Of a stretch of 64,000 nucleotides of DNA, positions 8,981 through 17,814 are shown in pieces (the stretch's first letter is position 1; every line of letters starts with the position of its first letter). Origin of the DNA: Desulfobaccales bacterium (GTDB lineage Bacteria > Desulfobacterota > Desulfobaccia > Desulfobaccales > 0-14-0-80-60-11). The notes beneath the pieces are model-generated. The model did no database searches. It saw nothing but the letters and a program-made list of their open reading frames with translations, and was not told the origin of the DNA. The DNA lies in the NCBI GenBank assembly GCA_052326585.1, contig JBKQLU010000048.1, positions 6,590 through 70,589 on the forward strand, in the 5' to 3' direction. Made by a program: the position numbers and the translations under genes.

Positions 8981-9457
8981 ATGAAAACTCTCATTATATT
9001 TCTATGTTTGACCACCACAGCCTGGGCGCAACCGTGGCCCCAAACCCCTCCCAGGATAGGGAGGCTGGAACTGAAGCAGGAGTATTGGGACTGCATCAAG
9101 AAAGCTGCCAAGAAGTATCAAATTTCTCCGTACCTGATTCAGGCGGTATGCGCAATTGAAAGCCGCTTTAATCAAGAAGCGAGATCGTCTCATGGAAAAT
9201 GTGTTGGTCTTATGCAACTCCATGTTGGGACTGCTTCCGCATATGGAGTAGATCCATATGATCCGTATGATAATATCATGGGTGGAGCAGCGGTACTGGC
9301 CCACCTTATGCAAAAATATAACGGGGATATTCATCGGGTTTTACATGTCTATAATGCTACCTGCACCCGAGGCTATGAGCGGGAGGTTTTCCGGGCTTAT
9401 AGGCAGGCGCAGCTCGTGGAAACATCTTATTTGCCACCCGGCGGGCACAACAATTAG
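8981..9457 (+). CDS. exported lytic transglycosylase (SLT domain)
   Basis: Signal peptide 'MKTLIIFLCLTTTAWA'. 'AVCAIESRFNQEARSSHGKCVGLMQL' is the SLT catalytic-Glu motif (ES...GLMQ). SD AGGAGG lies upstream. The gene has visibly lower G+C than its flanks. Confidence 0.8.
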   Translation: MKTLIIFLCLTTTAWAQPWPQTPPRIGRLELKQEYWDCIKKAAKKYQISPYLIQAVCAIESRFNQEARSSHGKCVGLMQLHVGTASAYGVDPYDPYDNIMGGAAVLAHLMQKYNGDIHRVLHVYNATCTRGYEREVFRAYRQAQLVETSYLPPGGHNN

Positions 9458-9593
9458 ACTTGCATTCCCTTAAGGAGCGCTCCTGATCCCTCCTGGCAGC
9501 AGGAAAAAGAATGGTCGGAGGCCTTTATTGACCCGGCAGCCTGGCTGGGAGGGCATGACTTAAGCGAGGAGGCAAAGGCCAGAAGGGCGCAAT

Positions 9594-11018
9594 ATGCCAC
9601 TGCCGACCCATAAAACCAAGATCGTCGCCACCATCGGCCCGTCCTGTGAGTCTCCCGAAGTTCTGGGGAAGATAATCGCAGCCGGTATGAACGTGGCCCG
9701 GCTCAATTTTTCCCATGGCGATTTCGCCACCCACCGGCGTCTCATAGAGAACGTGCGGGCGGCGGCCGGGGCGGCGGGGCGGCGGGTGGCCATCCTGGCT
9801 GATCTCCCCGGCCCCAAGATGCGTATCGGCCAAATCTCCGGTGAGCCCATCGAGTTGAAGCCGGGGGATGCCTTTACCCTGACTACAGAGAAGATCACGG
9901 GCGACCAACGCCGCGCCGCGGTGACTTTCAGCCGCCTACCGGAGGTAGTGAAGCCCAGGGACACCCTGTTTCTGAATGACGGCCTCATTCAGCTAGAAGT
10001 TACCGATATTCATGGCAATAACTTGATTTGCCGGGTGATCGTCGGGGGCGAACTGCGCTCCAGGAAAGGCCTTAACCTTCCAGGCATCTCTTTGGGAATC
10101 AGCGCCTTCACCGACCATGACCGTGAGTGCTTGCAGCTGGCTCTGGAATGTGGGGTGGACGCGGTCAGCCAATCGTTCGTTGAGTCTGGCGAGGATGTTG
10201 CCGCGGTGCGGGAGGCCGCCCGGGCTCTCGGCCACCAGCCGTTCATCATCGCCAAGATAGAGCGCCGCAATGCCCTGAATAACCTGGACAGTATCCTCGC
10301 AGCGGCGGACGGCATCATGATTGCCCGGGGCGATCTGGGGGTGGAAGTCCCCATCGAGCAAATCGCCGGGGTGCAAAAACGACTCATGCGCCAGGCGAAC
10401 CTGCTGGGGAAACCGGTGATTACGGCCACCCAGATGTTGGAGTCCATGGTGGCCAACCCCCGGCCCACCCGGGCGGAGGCTACCGATGTAGCCAACGCCA
10501 TTTTGGATGGCACCGACTGCGTCATGCTTTCAGAAGAGTCGGCCATGGGCCAATACCCGGTAGAAGCAGTGGCCATGCTGGCCAAGATCGCGGCCGCCAT
10601 CGAACCTTTTCGGCCCGGAGAAGGGGTGAGAAAGATGCTCCGCCGGTCCGGAATGGATAGTCAAACCGGCTTCACGGATCTGATCGCCTTGAGCGTGGAT
10701 GCAACGCTGGAAAGGATCGCCCCAGCCGCGATATTCGTGCCCACCCGCAGCGGGGCTACGGCCCGGAGCCTCGCCCGTTTCCGGCCGCCGGTGTGGATCG
10801 TGGCAGTGAGTTCCCAGGAGGCCACCTGCCAGCAACTCCTCCTGACCTACGGGGTCCAGCCCGTCCACGAAGCGAACCACCCGGAGGACTGGAAAAACTA
10901 TGCGCGCCGCTATTTGCAAGCCAATGAGATGACTGGCGAAGTGGCGGTGCTGACCGAAGGCCCTTCCTCCAAGGATCCCGAGGCCAACAACCGCATGGAA
11001 CTCATTAACCTGCGATAG
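9594..11018 (+). CDS. pyk: pyruvate kinase
   Basis: 'KTKIVATIGPSCESPEVLGKIIAAGMNVARLNFSHGDF', 'MIARGDLGVEVP' and 'ATQMLESM' are canonical pyruvate kinase motifs. Confidence 0.95.
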   Translation: MPLPTHKTKIVATIGPSCESPEVLGKIIAAGMNVARLNFSHGDFATHRRLIENVRAAAGAAGRRVAILADLPGPKMRIGQISGEPIELKPGDAFTLTTEKITGDQRRAAVTFSRLPEVVKPRDTLFLNDGLIQLEVTDIHGNNLICRVIVGGELRSRKGLNLPGISLGISAFTDHDRECLQLALECGVDAVSQSFVESGEDVAAVREAARALGHQPFIIAKIERRNALNNLDSILAAADGIMIARGDLGVEVPIEQIAGVQKRLMRQANLLGKPVITATQMLESMVANPRPTRAEATDVANAILDGTDCVMLSEESAMGQYPVEAVAMLAKIAAAIEPFRPGEGVRKMLRRSGMDSQTGFTDLIALSVDATLERIAPAAIFVPTRSGATARSLARFRPPVWIVAVSSQEATCQQLLLTYGVQPVHEANHPEDWKNYARRYLQANEMTGEVAVLTEGPSSKDPEANNRMELINLR

Positions 11019-11099
11019 ATTGGCGGGGCCGGCAGGGCCCAAGGGAAGAGAGGCCGGCAACCCCGAGATTGCCAACCTCTGGTAATCCTTCCTTATTCG

Positions 11100-11137
11100 T
11101 GGTGGAGATGAGGGGACTCGGACCCCTGGCCTCCTGC
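11100..11137 (-). repeat. 38-nt duplicate of the tRNA-Ala 3' half (variable loop, T-arm, acceptor and CCA), att-like
   Basis: 'tggtggagatgaggggactcGgacccctgGcctcctgc' matches 14209-14246 at 36 of 38 positions. It has the same orientation as the intact tRNA. Confidence 0.7.
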
Positions 11138-11226
11138 CTCTCTGTGGACCCTCAGAGATTTTCGAAAAACCTGTCAAACCGTCAGAAATTTTTCCCAAGA
11201 AACGTGGTTACTGCCTGCTAGTGCCA

Positions 11227-12048
11227 CTACACGTAATTGCGGTAAATTAAGATAATCACCAACAGGTAGAGGCCTACGGACAAGGCCGTGAAGCCAAAGA
11301 TGAAATAAGCCACCCGGAACCAACGGGCCGGCGCCGGGACCATGGCTTCCTCAAGTTTTCCTTCTTCTTCCAGGCGCACAATCCACAGCGGCTTTTCCCG
11401 CCGTACCTCCTCCAACTCCACACTGCCGGCAAACATGCATTCATTCATGGGGAACATGCCGTGGCGCAGATGGCCCACGCTAAAGTGGATGATGAAGATA
11501 TAAAGCATCGCCAGCAGTGCTTCGGCCCGGTGCAGTAAGAGGGTCACATTGAGCACCCAGCCCGGCAGGAAATAGCTGGTGACCAGGGGATACATGAGCA
11601 GGAGGCCGGTGACCCCCAAAAGGGGCACCCCCCAGAAGACCGCCATGTAGTCGAACTTCTCCCAGTAAGTCCAGCGGTCAAAGGGCGGGGGCGGGCCCAG
11701 CCCGAAAAACCAGCGGATTTGCTGGCTTAGGTGGATGACATCCTGGGGCTGCGGCACCAGGGAATCCGGGTGAAAGAGGCTGTGCCGCAAGGATTTCCAC
11801 TCCACTTTCAGCAGGATATAGGCGATGTGGACCGCAAAGCCCAGGAGCATAGCCACGCCCACCCGGTAGTGGATGGTGGTGACGGACTCGTAACCGCCGA
11901 AAAAATCGGTAAGAGCTCTGCCCCAGGCAGTGGCGTAAAGCAAGCGGCAGAGACCGGTGACGGCCTGGATGAGAAAAGTGACCATGATGAACAGGTGAAA
12001 AAGCCGATGGATGACATTGAACCGGATTATGCGCACCTGGTCATTCAT
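11227..12048 (-). CDS. membrane cytochrome b (b561 / Ni-hydrogenase CytB-like) subunit
   Basis: Five or six TM helices carry conserved His residues (HRLFHLF, HYRVG, HIAYI, HRAEA, HFSVGH). The gene overlaps the upstream cytochrome c gene by 8 nt. Confidence 0.7.
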   Translation of the reverse strand: MNDQVRIIRFNVIHRLFHLFIMVTFLIQAVTGLCRLLYATAWGRALTDFFGGYESVTTIHYRVGVAMLLGFAVHIAYILLKVEWKSLRHSLFHPDSLVPQPQDVIHLSQQIRWFFGLGPPPPFDRWTYWEKFDYMAVFWGVPLLGVTGLLLMYPLVTSYFLPGWVLNVTLLLHRAEALLAMLYIFIIHFSVGHLRHGMFPMNECMFAGSVELEEVRREKPLWIVRLEEEGKLEEAMVPAPARWFRVAYFIFGFTALSVGLYLLVIILIYRNYV

Positions 12049-12751
12049 CTTCGGACTTTCTCTTTTTCTCGGTGTAGACGTGGTAAAGCTCCTTGCTCAC
12101 CCATACTACGGTGTGCGCCCCAAAGAAGGCCAAGGTGCCGACAATCAGGAGATGCATGAACCAGTCGGAGTAAAACAGGGAGGCGAAAGTCTTTCGGGTT
12201 TCCAAAGCCCCGGGGTCGGGTTCATGGACCACGTAAGTGGCAAAGGAGGCGCTGGCACCCTCGTGGCACTTGGAGCACACGTAAGCGTAGCGCCGGACGG
12301 GGTTCAGAGGGGAGAAGTAATGGGCGATGGAGGCAATGGGCTCACCGCCGTGGCACTGGCGGCAGGTAAGGTTGCCCCGGGTAGTGTGGATGCTCTTGGC
12401 CTCCTCCGCGTGGCAGGCTACACAGGCCTGGACATTGTAAAACAGGACGGCCCGATGGGAATCGGCCAGGTAAGTGTGGGGGATTGATGGGACCTGAGGG
12501 CTATAAGCGAAGGGGGGCCGGACCACCCCGGGGCCGCCCAAAAAAGAGCTAAAAGGATAGGGCTTGACTTCGGAGTCTTCGTAATACCCGGTCGAGGCCT
12601 CCTGGTCTTTGTATCGCCTCAACGAGGTGGTCACTTCCTCTTGGGCCGGGGCCACCACGGGTAATACCAGCAGGAGTCCCAGCCCTCCCAGTACCATCCA
12701 CAGGATGCTTCGCCTGAGAATCCGCCGCGACCTCATTGAGCTTCCCTTCAT
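12041..12751 (-). CDS. trihaem cytochrome c with C-terminal membrane anchor
   Basis: Signal peptide, three CxxCH motifs (CVACH, CRQCH, CSKCH) and a C-terminal TM segment 'FMHLLIVGTLAFFGAHTVVWV'. ATGA overlap with the upstream gene. Confidence 0.8.
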   Translation of the reverse strand: MKGSSMRSRRILRRSILWMVLGGLGLLLVLPVVAPAQEEVTTSLRRYKDQEASTGYYEDSEVKPYPFSSFLGGPGVVRPPFAYSPQVPSIPHTYLADSHRAVLFYNVQACVACHAEEAKSIHTTRGNLTCRQCHGGEPIASIAHYFSPLNPVRRYAYVCSKCHEGASASFATYVVHEPDPGALETRKTFASLFYSDWFMHLLIVGTLAFFGAHTVVWVSKELYHVYTEKKRKSEDE

Positions 12752-14079
12752 TTTTTCGGCGATTCTTTGGCGGCTTTCGGTTTCTCAGGCGTCACAGGCG
12801 TCGCTACCGGAGCCTCCACCTCGGGGATCGCCATCTTCACGGGTTGGCCCACCGGCACCGGCAGCTTAACCAGGGCATCCCAGGCAGCTGCCAAGTAGTC
12901 GAGACTCTCTCCCCGGTAAATGTGACAGCCCTCGCAGGAATTGGGGATGGCCGGGTTGGCTATGGAATCCTTGGGCAGCAGACAGGCGAAGGTATGGCTG
13001 TGCATATCCCCGGATTCGGCGCTGGTGACAATCCTGGGCATGTGGCAACCCACGCAGTTGCCGAAGGAGTGAATGGAATGGCCCATGTTTCTGTTGATGA
13101 TATCATGACAGGTGAGGCACTGCTTGGAGCCGGCCTGGATAGTTTGGGACCGGGTGGGGGGCATGCCGATCTGGTGCACGAAGTGGCAGGAGGTACAGGT
13201 CACCCCTTCTTTATAGTGCATAGATTGCTTCCAATCCAGATATTGCTGATGGTGGCCTTCGGTAAACTCCTTGGCATAGACGTCCTTCACGTCGCCGGCG
13301 GCAATGGTGGGCTCCTTGAAGAAAGGTCCGATGGCCTTGCCGGGCTGGTAGCCCACCGGCCAGTCAGCCCCCTTCACCAGGGTGGATTCGCCCCGGGTAT
13401 GGCAGGAGCCGCAGATCTGCACCGCTACCCCCATGGTAAGCTTGGACGGGTTGATGATGGTCTGGCGCTTCTCGAAGACCGCGGTCTTGGGCAGGGCCGC
13501 GTGCCAGGAACCCGGGCCGTGACAGGCTTCGCAGCCAACCCCGGGCTCGACAAAGGTGTTTTTCTCGATATTTACCCCGGTGGCGTGGCAGCCGCCGCAT
13601 TTGATGATCCAGGGTTTCTTATCCCAATCGGGGTCCCCTTCAGCATAAGGCATCCAGCGGTGGCTCTCAATATTATACTCGATGGGGGTAATGTATAGTT
13701 TCCCAGCCTTTTCCACCAGGTAGCGTTGTTTCCACTGGCTGCCCTGGGTATACTTGATATCGTCCTCTTTGGGGATGTAGACTTGGTCAACCGGTATTTT
13801 GAGCTTTGCTTTAGCCAAATCGGCGCGAATTACTTTTTCATCGATGGGGGCGACAATGGCGTCCCGGTTCGTTTGGGCGTCCTGGGTGGCGCGGGAATGA
13901 AGGGTCATCTTCCAGGAGTCGTAGTGCTCCAGGTGGCAGAGCTTGCAGGTATCCGAACCCACGTAGGTCTTGGGCTGTTTTTTCAGAGCCTCCACGTCGA
14001 GGGGCCTCTCGCCGCAGCCCGCCAGGGCCAGAAGCCCCAGCCCCGCCAGGAAAAATCTCGCCGGACCGTAACCGTTCAT
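12748..14079 (-). CDS. octahaem cytochrome c lipoprotein
   Basis: Lipobox 'LLALAGC'. Eight CxxCH motifs: CKLCH, CGGCH, CEACH, CGSCH, CTSCH, CLTCH, CVGCH, CEGCH. SD GGGAGGG precedes the ATG at 14079. Confidence 0.85.
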   Translation of the reverse strand: MNGYGPARFFLAGLGLLALAGCGERPLDVEALKKQPKTYVGSDTCKLCHLEHYDSWKMTLHSRATQDAQTNRDAIVAPIDEKVIRADLAKAKLKIPVDQVYIPKEDDIKYTQGSQWKQRYLVEKAGKLYITPIEYNIESHRWMPYAEGDPDWDKKPWIIKCGGCHATGVNIEKNTFVEPGVGCEACHGPGSWHAALPKTAVFEKRQTIINPSKLTMGVAVQICGSCHTRGESTLVKGADWPVGYQPGKAIGPFFKEPTIAAGDVKDVYAKEFTEGHHQQYLDWKQSMHYKEGVTCTSCHFVHQIGMPPTRSQTIQAGSKQCLTCHDIINRNMGHSIHSFGNCVGCHMPRIVTSAESGDMHSHTFACLLPKDSIANPAIPNSCEGCHIYRGESLDYLAAAWDALVKLPVPVGQPVKMAIPEVEAPVATPVTPEKPKAAKESPKK

Positions 14080-14208
14080 GCCGCCCTCCCGGGTGCGCGT
14101 GGATATTGAATTTGGCCAAGGGACAAGATCGCGGGGACCGCGGCGTCTGGTACTCCTGTTCTCCTCGGGTTCGGGAAGTTTAGTTTATTATATATAATAA
14201 AATATTAG

Positions 14209-14284
14209 TGGTGGAGATGAGGGGACTCGAACCCCTGACCTCCTGCATGCGAAGCAGGCGCTCTTCCAGCTGAGCTACATCCCC
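14209..14284 (-). tRNA. tRNA-Ala (anticodon CGC), CCA-encoded
   Basis: Reverse complement: GGGGATGTAGCTCAGCTGGAAGAGCGCCTGCTTCGCATGCAGGAGGTCAGGGGTTCGAGTCCCCTCATCTCCACCA. It folds as a 76-nt cloverleaf with the G3:U70 Ala identity pair and anticodon loop TTCGCAT. Confidence 0.95.
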
Positions 14285-14470
14285 ACGTGCCGCGATTATT
14301 TCGGCTCCAGGAGCCCTATAAAGCACAAACGCCGCTTCGCCCCGGAGCGCGCCGAACCATGCACGGGCTTTCCCCCAGTCTCGCCGCCTGCCTGGAGCAT
14401 CGAGCCGATGGCCCGGGGGAACTGGACCGATCGCCGGGCCAACCCGGGGTTGGCTGGCAGGGGCGCGGCC

Positions 14471-14704
14471 TTAAACGGCCTGGACTTGTTTGAGCCCCGG
14501 GACTTCCTGCATCAGGAGCTTTTCCACCCCCTGCTTCAGGGTCATCTGGGACATGGGGCAACCTTTGCAGGCGCCGGTAAGCCGGACTTTGACAATGCCG
14601 TCGGTCACTTCGACGAGTTCGATATCCCCGCCGTCCCGCTGCAGCATGGGGCGGATCTTGGTCAGGGCTTGCTCCACTGAAGCTTTCATATCGTTCACGG
14701 GCAT
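14471..14704 (-). CDS. NifU-like (Nfu C-terminal domain) Fe-S assembly protein
   Basis: 'IRPMLQRDGGDIELVEV...VKVRLTGACKGCPMSQMTLK' carries the Nfu CxxC motif. ATG at 14704 is preceded by GGGAGGA. The longer track ORF starting at 14767 is unlikely. Confidence 0.85.
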   Translation of the reverse strand: MPVNDMKASVEQALTKIRPMLQRDGGDIELVEVTDGIVKVRLTGACKGCPMSQMTLKQGVEKLLMQEVPGLKQVQAV

Positions 14705-14865
14705 CCTCCCAAGTTTGATTGAGTAAAGATAAACAGATAATGGCCGCTTGTAAAGGTCTGCGGCCAACGGTAGTCTCCTTTATCAGGACGCTACCTTGGC
14801 AAAGGCCAGGAAGGCGGGCGCCGGCAATTCCTAAAATTTGTCCGGGAGGCAAACCAGAACCCGCC

Positions 14866-15585
14866 TTAAGGTTCCAGCAGGAATACCGCCTGGACGCTGG
14901 CCGTGATCTCTTCTTCCCCCACCTCGATGGGAGTGGTGGGGGCGCCGGCGGCCAGCCGCATGGCCGCGGCCGGAGCCTCCAGGGGCAGGAAACGGATGCC
15001 GGTGGAGATCTTCTCCAGCCCTTTGATTCTGAGGCCTTGCGACTGGGCCAGGGCCTCGGCCAGGCGCCGGGCTCGCTCCAACGCCGCCACCGCGGCCTGC
15101 CGCTGCAGCTCCTCAGCGTGGGAATGTCCCCAGAACGGCCCGTTAATCCCTGAGGCGCCGTTTTTCAGGGCGAGATCGATGATGGCCCCCAGCCGGGCCG
15201 GGCCCTGGAGCTTCACCTGCAGGCGGTGCACCGCCTGGTAGCCCTTGATTTCCAGGGAACCGGATTTGACCTGGGGAGCGTAAACCGGCGAGAGATGGTA
15301 ACCCAGAGTCTTGACCTGGTCGCCGGGGCCCAGGGCCTGCTTCAGGGCAGTGAGCAGGGCCTCGGCCCGGCGGCTGTTTTCCTGGGCGGCGGCCTCGGCC
15401 TGGGGTGCCCGGGTCTCCACTTCCACGGTCAGCATGGCCAGGTCCGGAACCGCGGCGACCTTGCCCTCAGCCTCCACCGTAATGGTGGGGCCGGCCATGT
15501 CTGCTGCCGCGCTTTGCCCAGCAGCCGCCAGACAACCGGCCAACAGCAGCAACCATGTAAAACCCTTAGGTAGATTAGCGCTCAT
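14866..15585 (-). CDS. SIMPL/DUF541 family periplasmic protein
   Basis: Signal peptide. 'ITVEAEGKVAAVPDLAMLTVEVETRA...AEAAAQENSRRAEALLTALK' follows the pattern typical of SIMPL (26-kDa periplasmic immunogenic protein-like) domains. Confidence 0.7.
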   Translation of the reverse strand: MSANLPKGFTWLLLLAGCLAAAGQSAAADMAGPTITVEAEGKVAAVPDLAMLTVEVETRAPQAEAAAQENSRRAEALLTALKQALGPGDQVKTLGYHLSPVYAPQVKSGSLEIKGYQAVHRLQVKLQGPARLGAIIDLALKNGASGINGPFWGHSHAEELQRQAAVAALERARRLAEALAQSQGLRIKGLEKISTGIRFLPLEAPAAAMRLAAGAPTTPIEVGEEEITASVQAVFLLEP

Positions 15586-15696
15586 TTTCCCCCTCTCCGG
15601 CGCCGCCGCCGTCCTCTATCACTGTTGCCAATAAACTTTCAGTCATTATATTATTATGCATGTGGAGAAATTTGGCAAATCCGCCCTTCAGAGGTA

Positions 15697-17595
15697 ATGA
15701 TGGCCGATAACCCCCAAGCCAGCTCTCCGGCCCGCTATCTCATCTGGTACTTGCTGGCCGTAATCTTGATTTTGCTGGTTTTTCAAATTTATGGCGGCGT
15801 CAAACCGGCTACCCAGATCAGCTACAGCGAATTTCGCCGTTTGCTGGAAACCAAGGGAATCGACGACCTGACCATCTACCCCGGGAGCATCACCGGCGAG
15901 CTCCTGCCGGCCGGCGTCGAGCAACTGACCAAAGAGCGGAAAGAACCGGACCTGCCTAAAAAGTTGGCTCAATTGCCCGATAACAAGGAACCTAACTTCA
16001 CCGTGGACCGGGTGGAGGATAAGGACCTGGTGCCGCTTCTGGAAAAGCAAGGGATCAAGTACAGCGCCGCGCCGGATAGGACCGCGATCAACAACCTCCT
16101 CTCCTGGGGACTGCCGATTTTGCTGCTGGTAGGCATCTGGATCTATTTCTTCCGCAGGGTCGGCGCCAGTACCGGCGGCCTGATGACGGTGGGCAAAAGC
16201 CGGGCCCGGGTTTACGCCCAGGATGAGACCAAGGTCACCTTCCAGGATGTGGCCGGGGTGGATGAGGCCATTGAGGAACTCAAAGAGATCATCGAATTCC
16301 TGAAAAATCCCGCCAAGTTTCAGATGCTGGGGGGCAAGATCCCCAAAGGGGTGCTGCTGGTAGGACCGCCGGGAACCGGCAAGACCCTGTTGGCCCGGGC
16401 CGTAGCCGGAGAGGCCGGGGTGCCTTTCCTGAGCCTGACCGGCTCCGACTTCGTGGAGATGTTCGTGGGGGTGGGAGCGGCCCGGGTGCGGGACCTGTTC
16501 GCCACCGCCCAGGAGAAGGCCCCTTGCATCATCTTCATCGATGAACTGGACGCCGTGGGCAAGGCCCGGGGGGTGAGCCCCATGGGCGGTCCCGAAGAAC
16601 GGGAAAATACCCTGAACCAGCTCCTCTCGGAGATGGACGGCTTTGACACCCGCAAAGGCGTGATCATTATGGCGGCCACCAACCGCCCGGAGATCCTGGA
16701 CCCGGCCCTGATCCGTCCGGGGCGCTTCGACCGGCACATCCTGGTGGACCGGCCCTCCCTCCCGGGCCGGGAAGAAATCTTGCGGATTCATTCCCGGCAG
16801 ATCAAGCTCTCCGACAAGGTCGACCTCAAGACCCTGGCGGCCCGCACCCCCGGGATGGTGGGCTCGGACCTGGCCAACATCGTTAACGAAGCGGCCCTCC
16901 TGGCAGCCCGGAAGAATAAAGAGGCGGTGGAGATGGACGATTTCGAGGAGGCCATCGACCGGGTGGTGGCTGGCCTGGAAAAACGCAACCGGGTCATGAA
17001 CCCCCGGGAGAAGGAGATCGTCGCCTACCATGAAACTGGCCACGCCCTGGTGGCCGAGGCCCTGCCCACCGCCGACAAGGTGCACCGGGTCTCCATCATC
17101 CCCCGGGGCATCGGCGCCCTGGGCTACACCATGCAGTTGCCCACCGAGGACCGCTATCTGATGACCAAGACTGAACTGGAAGACCGCATGGCGGTTATGC
17201 TGGGAGGCCGGGCGGCCGAGGAGCTGGTCTTTCAGGAGATTTCCACCGGGGCCCAAAGTGATCTCTACCGGGCCACCGATATTGCCCGTTCCATGGTGCG
17301 GGAGTACGGCATGAGCGAGAAGCTGGGCCCCATCACCTTCGAGCGGGAGCGGCGGCCCCTGTTCCTGGACGGTATCATGCCGACCTCCGGCAAAGATTAT
17401 AGCGAAGCCACGGCCCAGGAGATCGATCAAGAGGTGGCGGACCTGATGGCCCTGGCCCACCGGCGGGCCAGGGAGGTCCTGGAGGCACAGCGGCCCACCC
17501 TGGAGAAGGTTGGCAAGATTCTCCTGGAAAGGGAGGTGCTGGAGGGCGAGGAGCTGCGGCAGATCTTAAATTCCATCACGCCGCCGCAACCCTAA
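15697..17595 (+). CDS. ftsH: ATP-dependent zinc metalloprotease FtsH (paralog 1)
   Basis: Walker A 'GPPGTGKT', Walker B 'IIFIDELD', SRH '[20 protein letters not shown]' and zinc site 'HETGHAL'. The ATG at 15697 follows GAGGT. Confidence 0.95.
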   Translation: MMADNPQASSPARYLIWYLLAVILILLVFQIYGGVKPATQISYSEFRRLLETKGIDDLTIYPGSITGELLPAGVEQLTKERKEPDLPKKLAQLPDNKEPNFTVDRVEDKDLVPLLEKQGIKYSAAPDRTAINNLLSWGLPILLLVGIWIYFFRRVGASTGGLMTVGKSRARVYAQDETKVTFQDVAGVDEAIEELKEIIEFLKNPAKFQMLGGKIPKGVLLVGPPGTGKTLLARAVAGEAGVPFLSLTGSDFVEMFVGVGAARVRDLFATAQEKAPCIIFIDELDAVGKARGVSPMGGPEERENTLNQLLSEMDGFDTRKGVIIMAATNRPEILDPALIRPGRFDRHILVDRPSLPGREEILRIHSRQIKLSDKVDLKTLAARTPGMVGSDLANIVNEAALLAARKNKEAVEMDDFEEAIDRVVAGLEKRNRVMNPREKEIVAYHETGHALVAEALPTADKVHRVSIIPRGIGALGYTMQLPTEDRYLMTKTELEDRMAVMLGGRAAEELVFQEISTGAQSDLYRATDIARSMVREYGMSEKLGPITFERERRPLFLDGIMPTSGKDYSEATAQEIDQEVADLMALAHRRAREVLEAQRPTLEKVGKILLEREVLEGEELRQILNSITPPQP

Positions 17596-17814
17596 CCAAA
17601 AATTTTGCATCGGTTATGGTGGGCCCGGGCATTCTCCCCGGCCAGCCAAAACGGCGGGCCCAGCCTCCCCTATGAGCCCTGGAGTGAGGGGGTTTTCTAG
17701 GGCGGCCTATGGCCGCCGATTATCCGGGCTACTGCGTCACCCATAATTTTGCCGGCCCTGGGATTGGCCGTTAATCTCTTCAGCGTAATTAGGATGCCCG
17801 GCGGTTCGCAATCT

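Noticed and set aside
12736-13698. 320-aa plus-strand ORF overlapping the octahaem cytochrome gene
   Set aside because: The minus strand encodes eight CxxCH motifs and a lipobox. The plus-strand product is Gly/His-rich with no motif.
15688-17460. 590-aa ORF on the minus strand antisense to ftsH paralog 1
   Set aside because: The product is a low-complexity G/P/R/H/Q-rich translation with no motifs. The sense strand encodes a textbook FtsH. Long antisense ORFs are expected at this G+C content.
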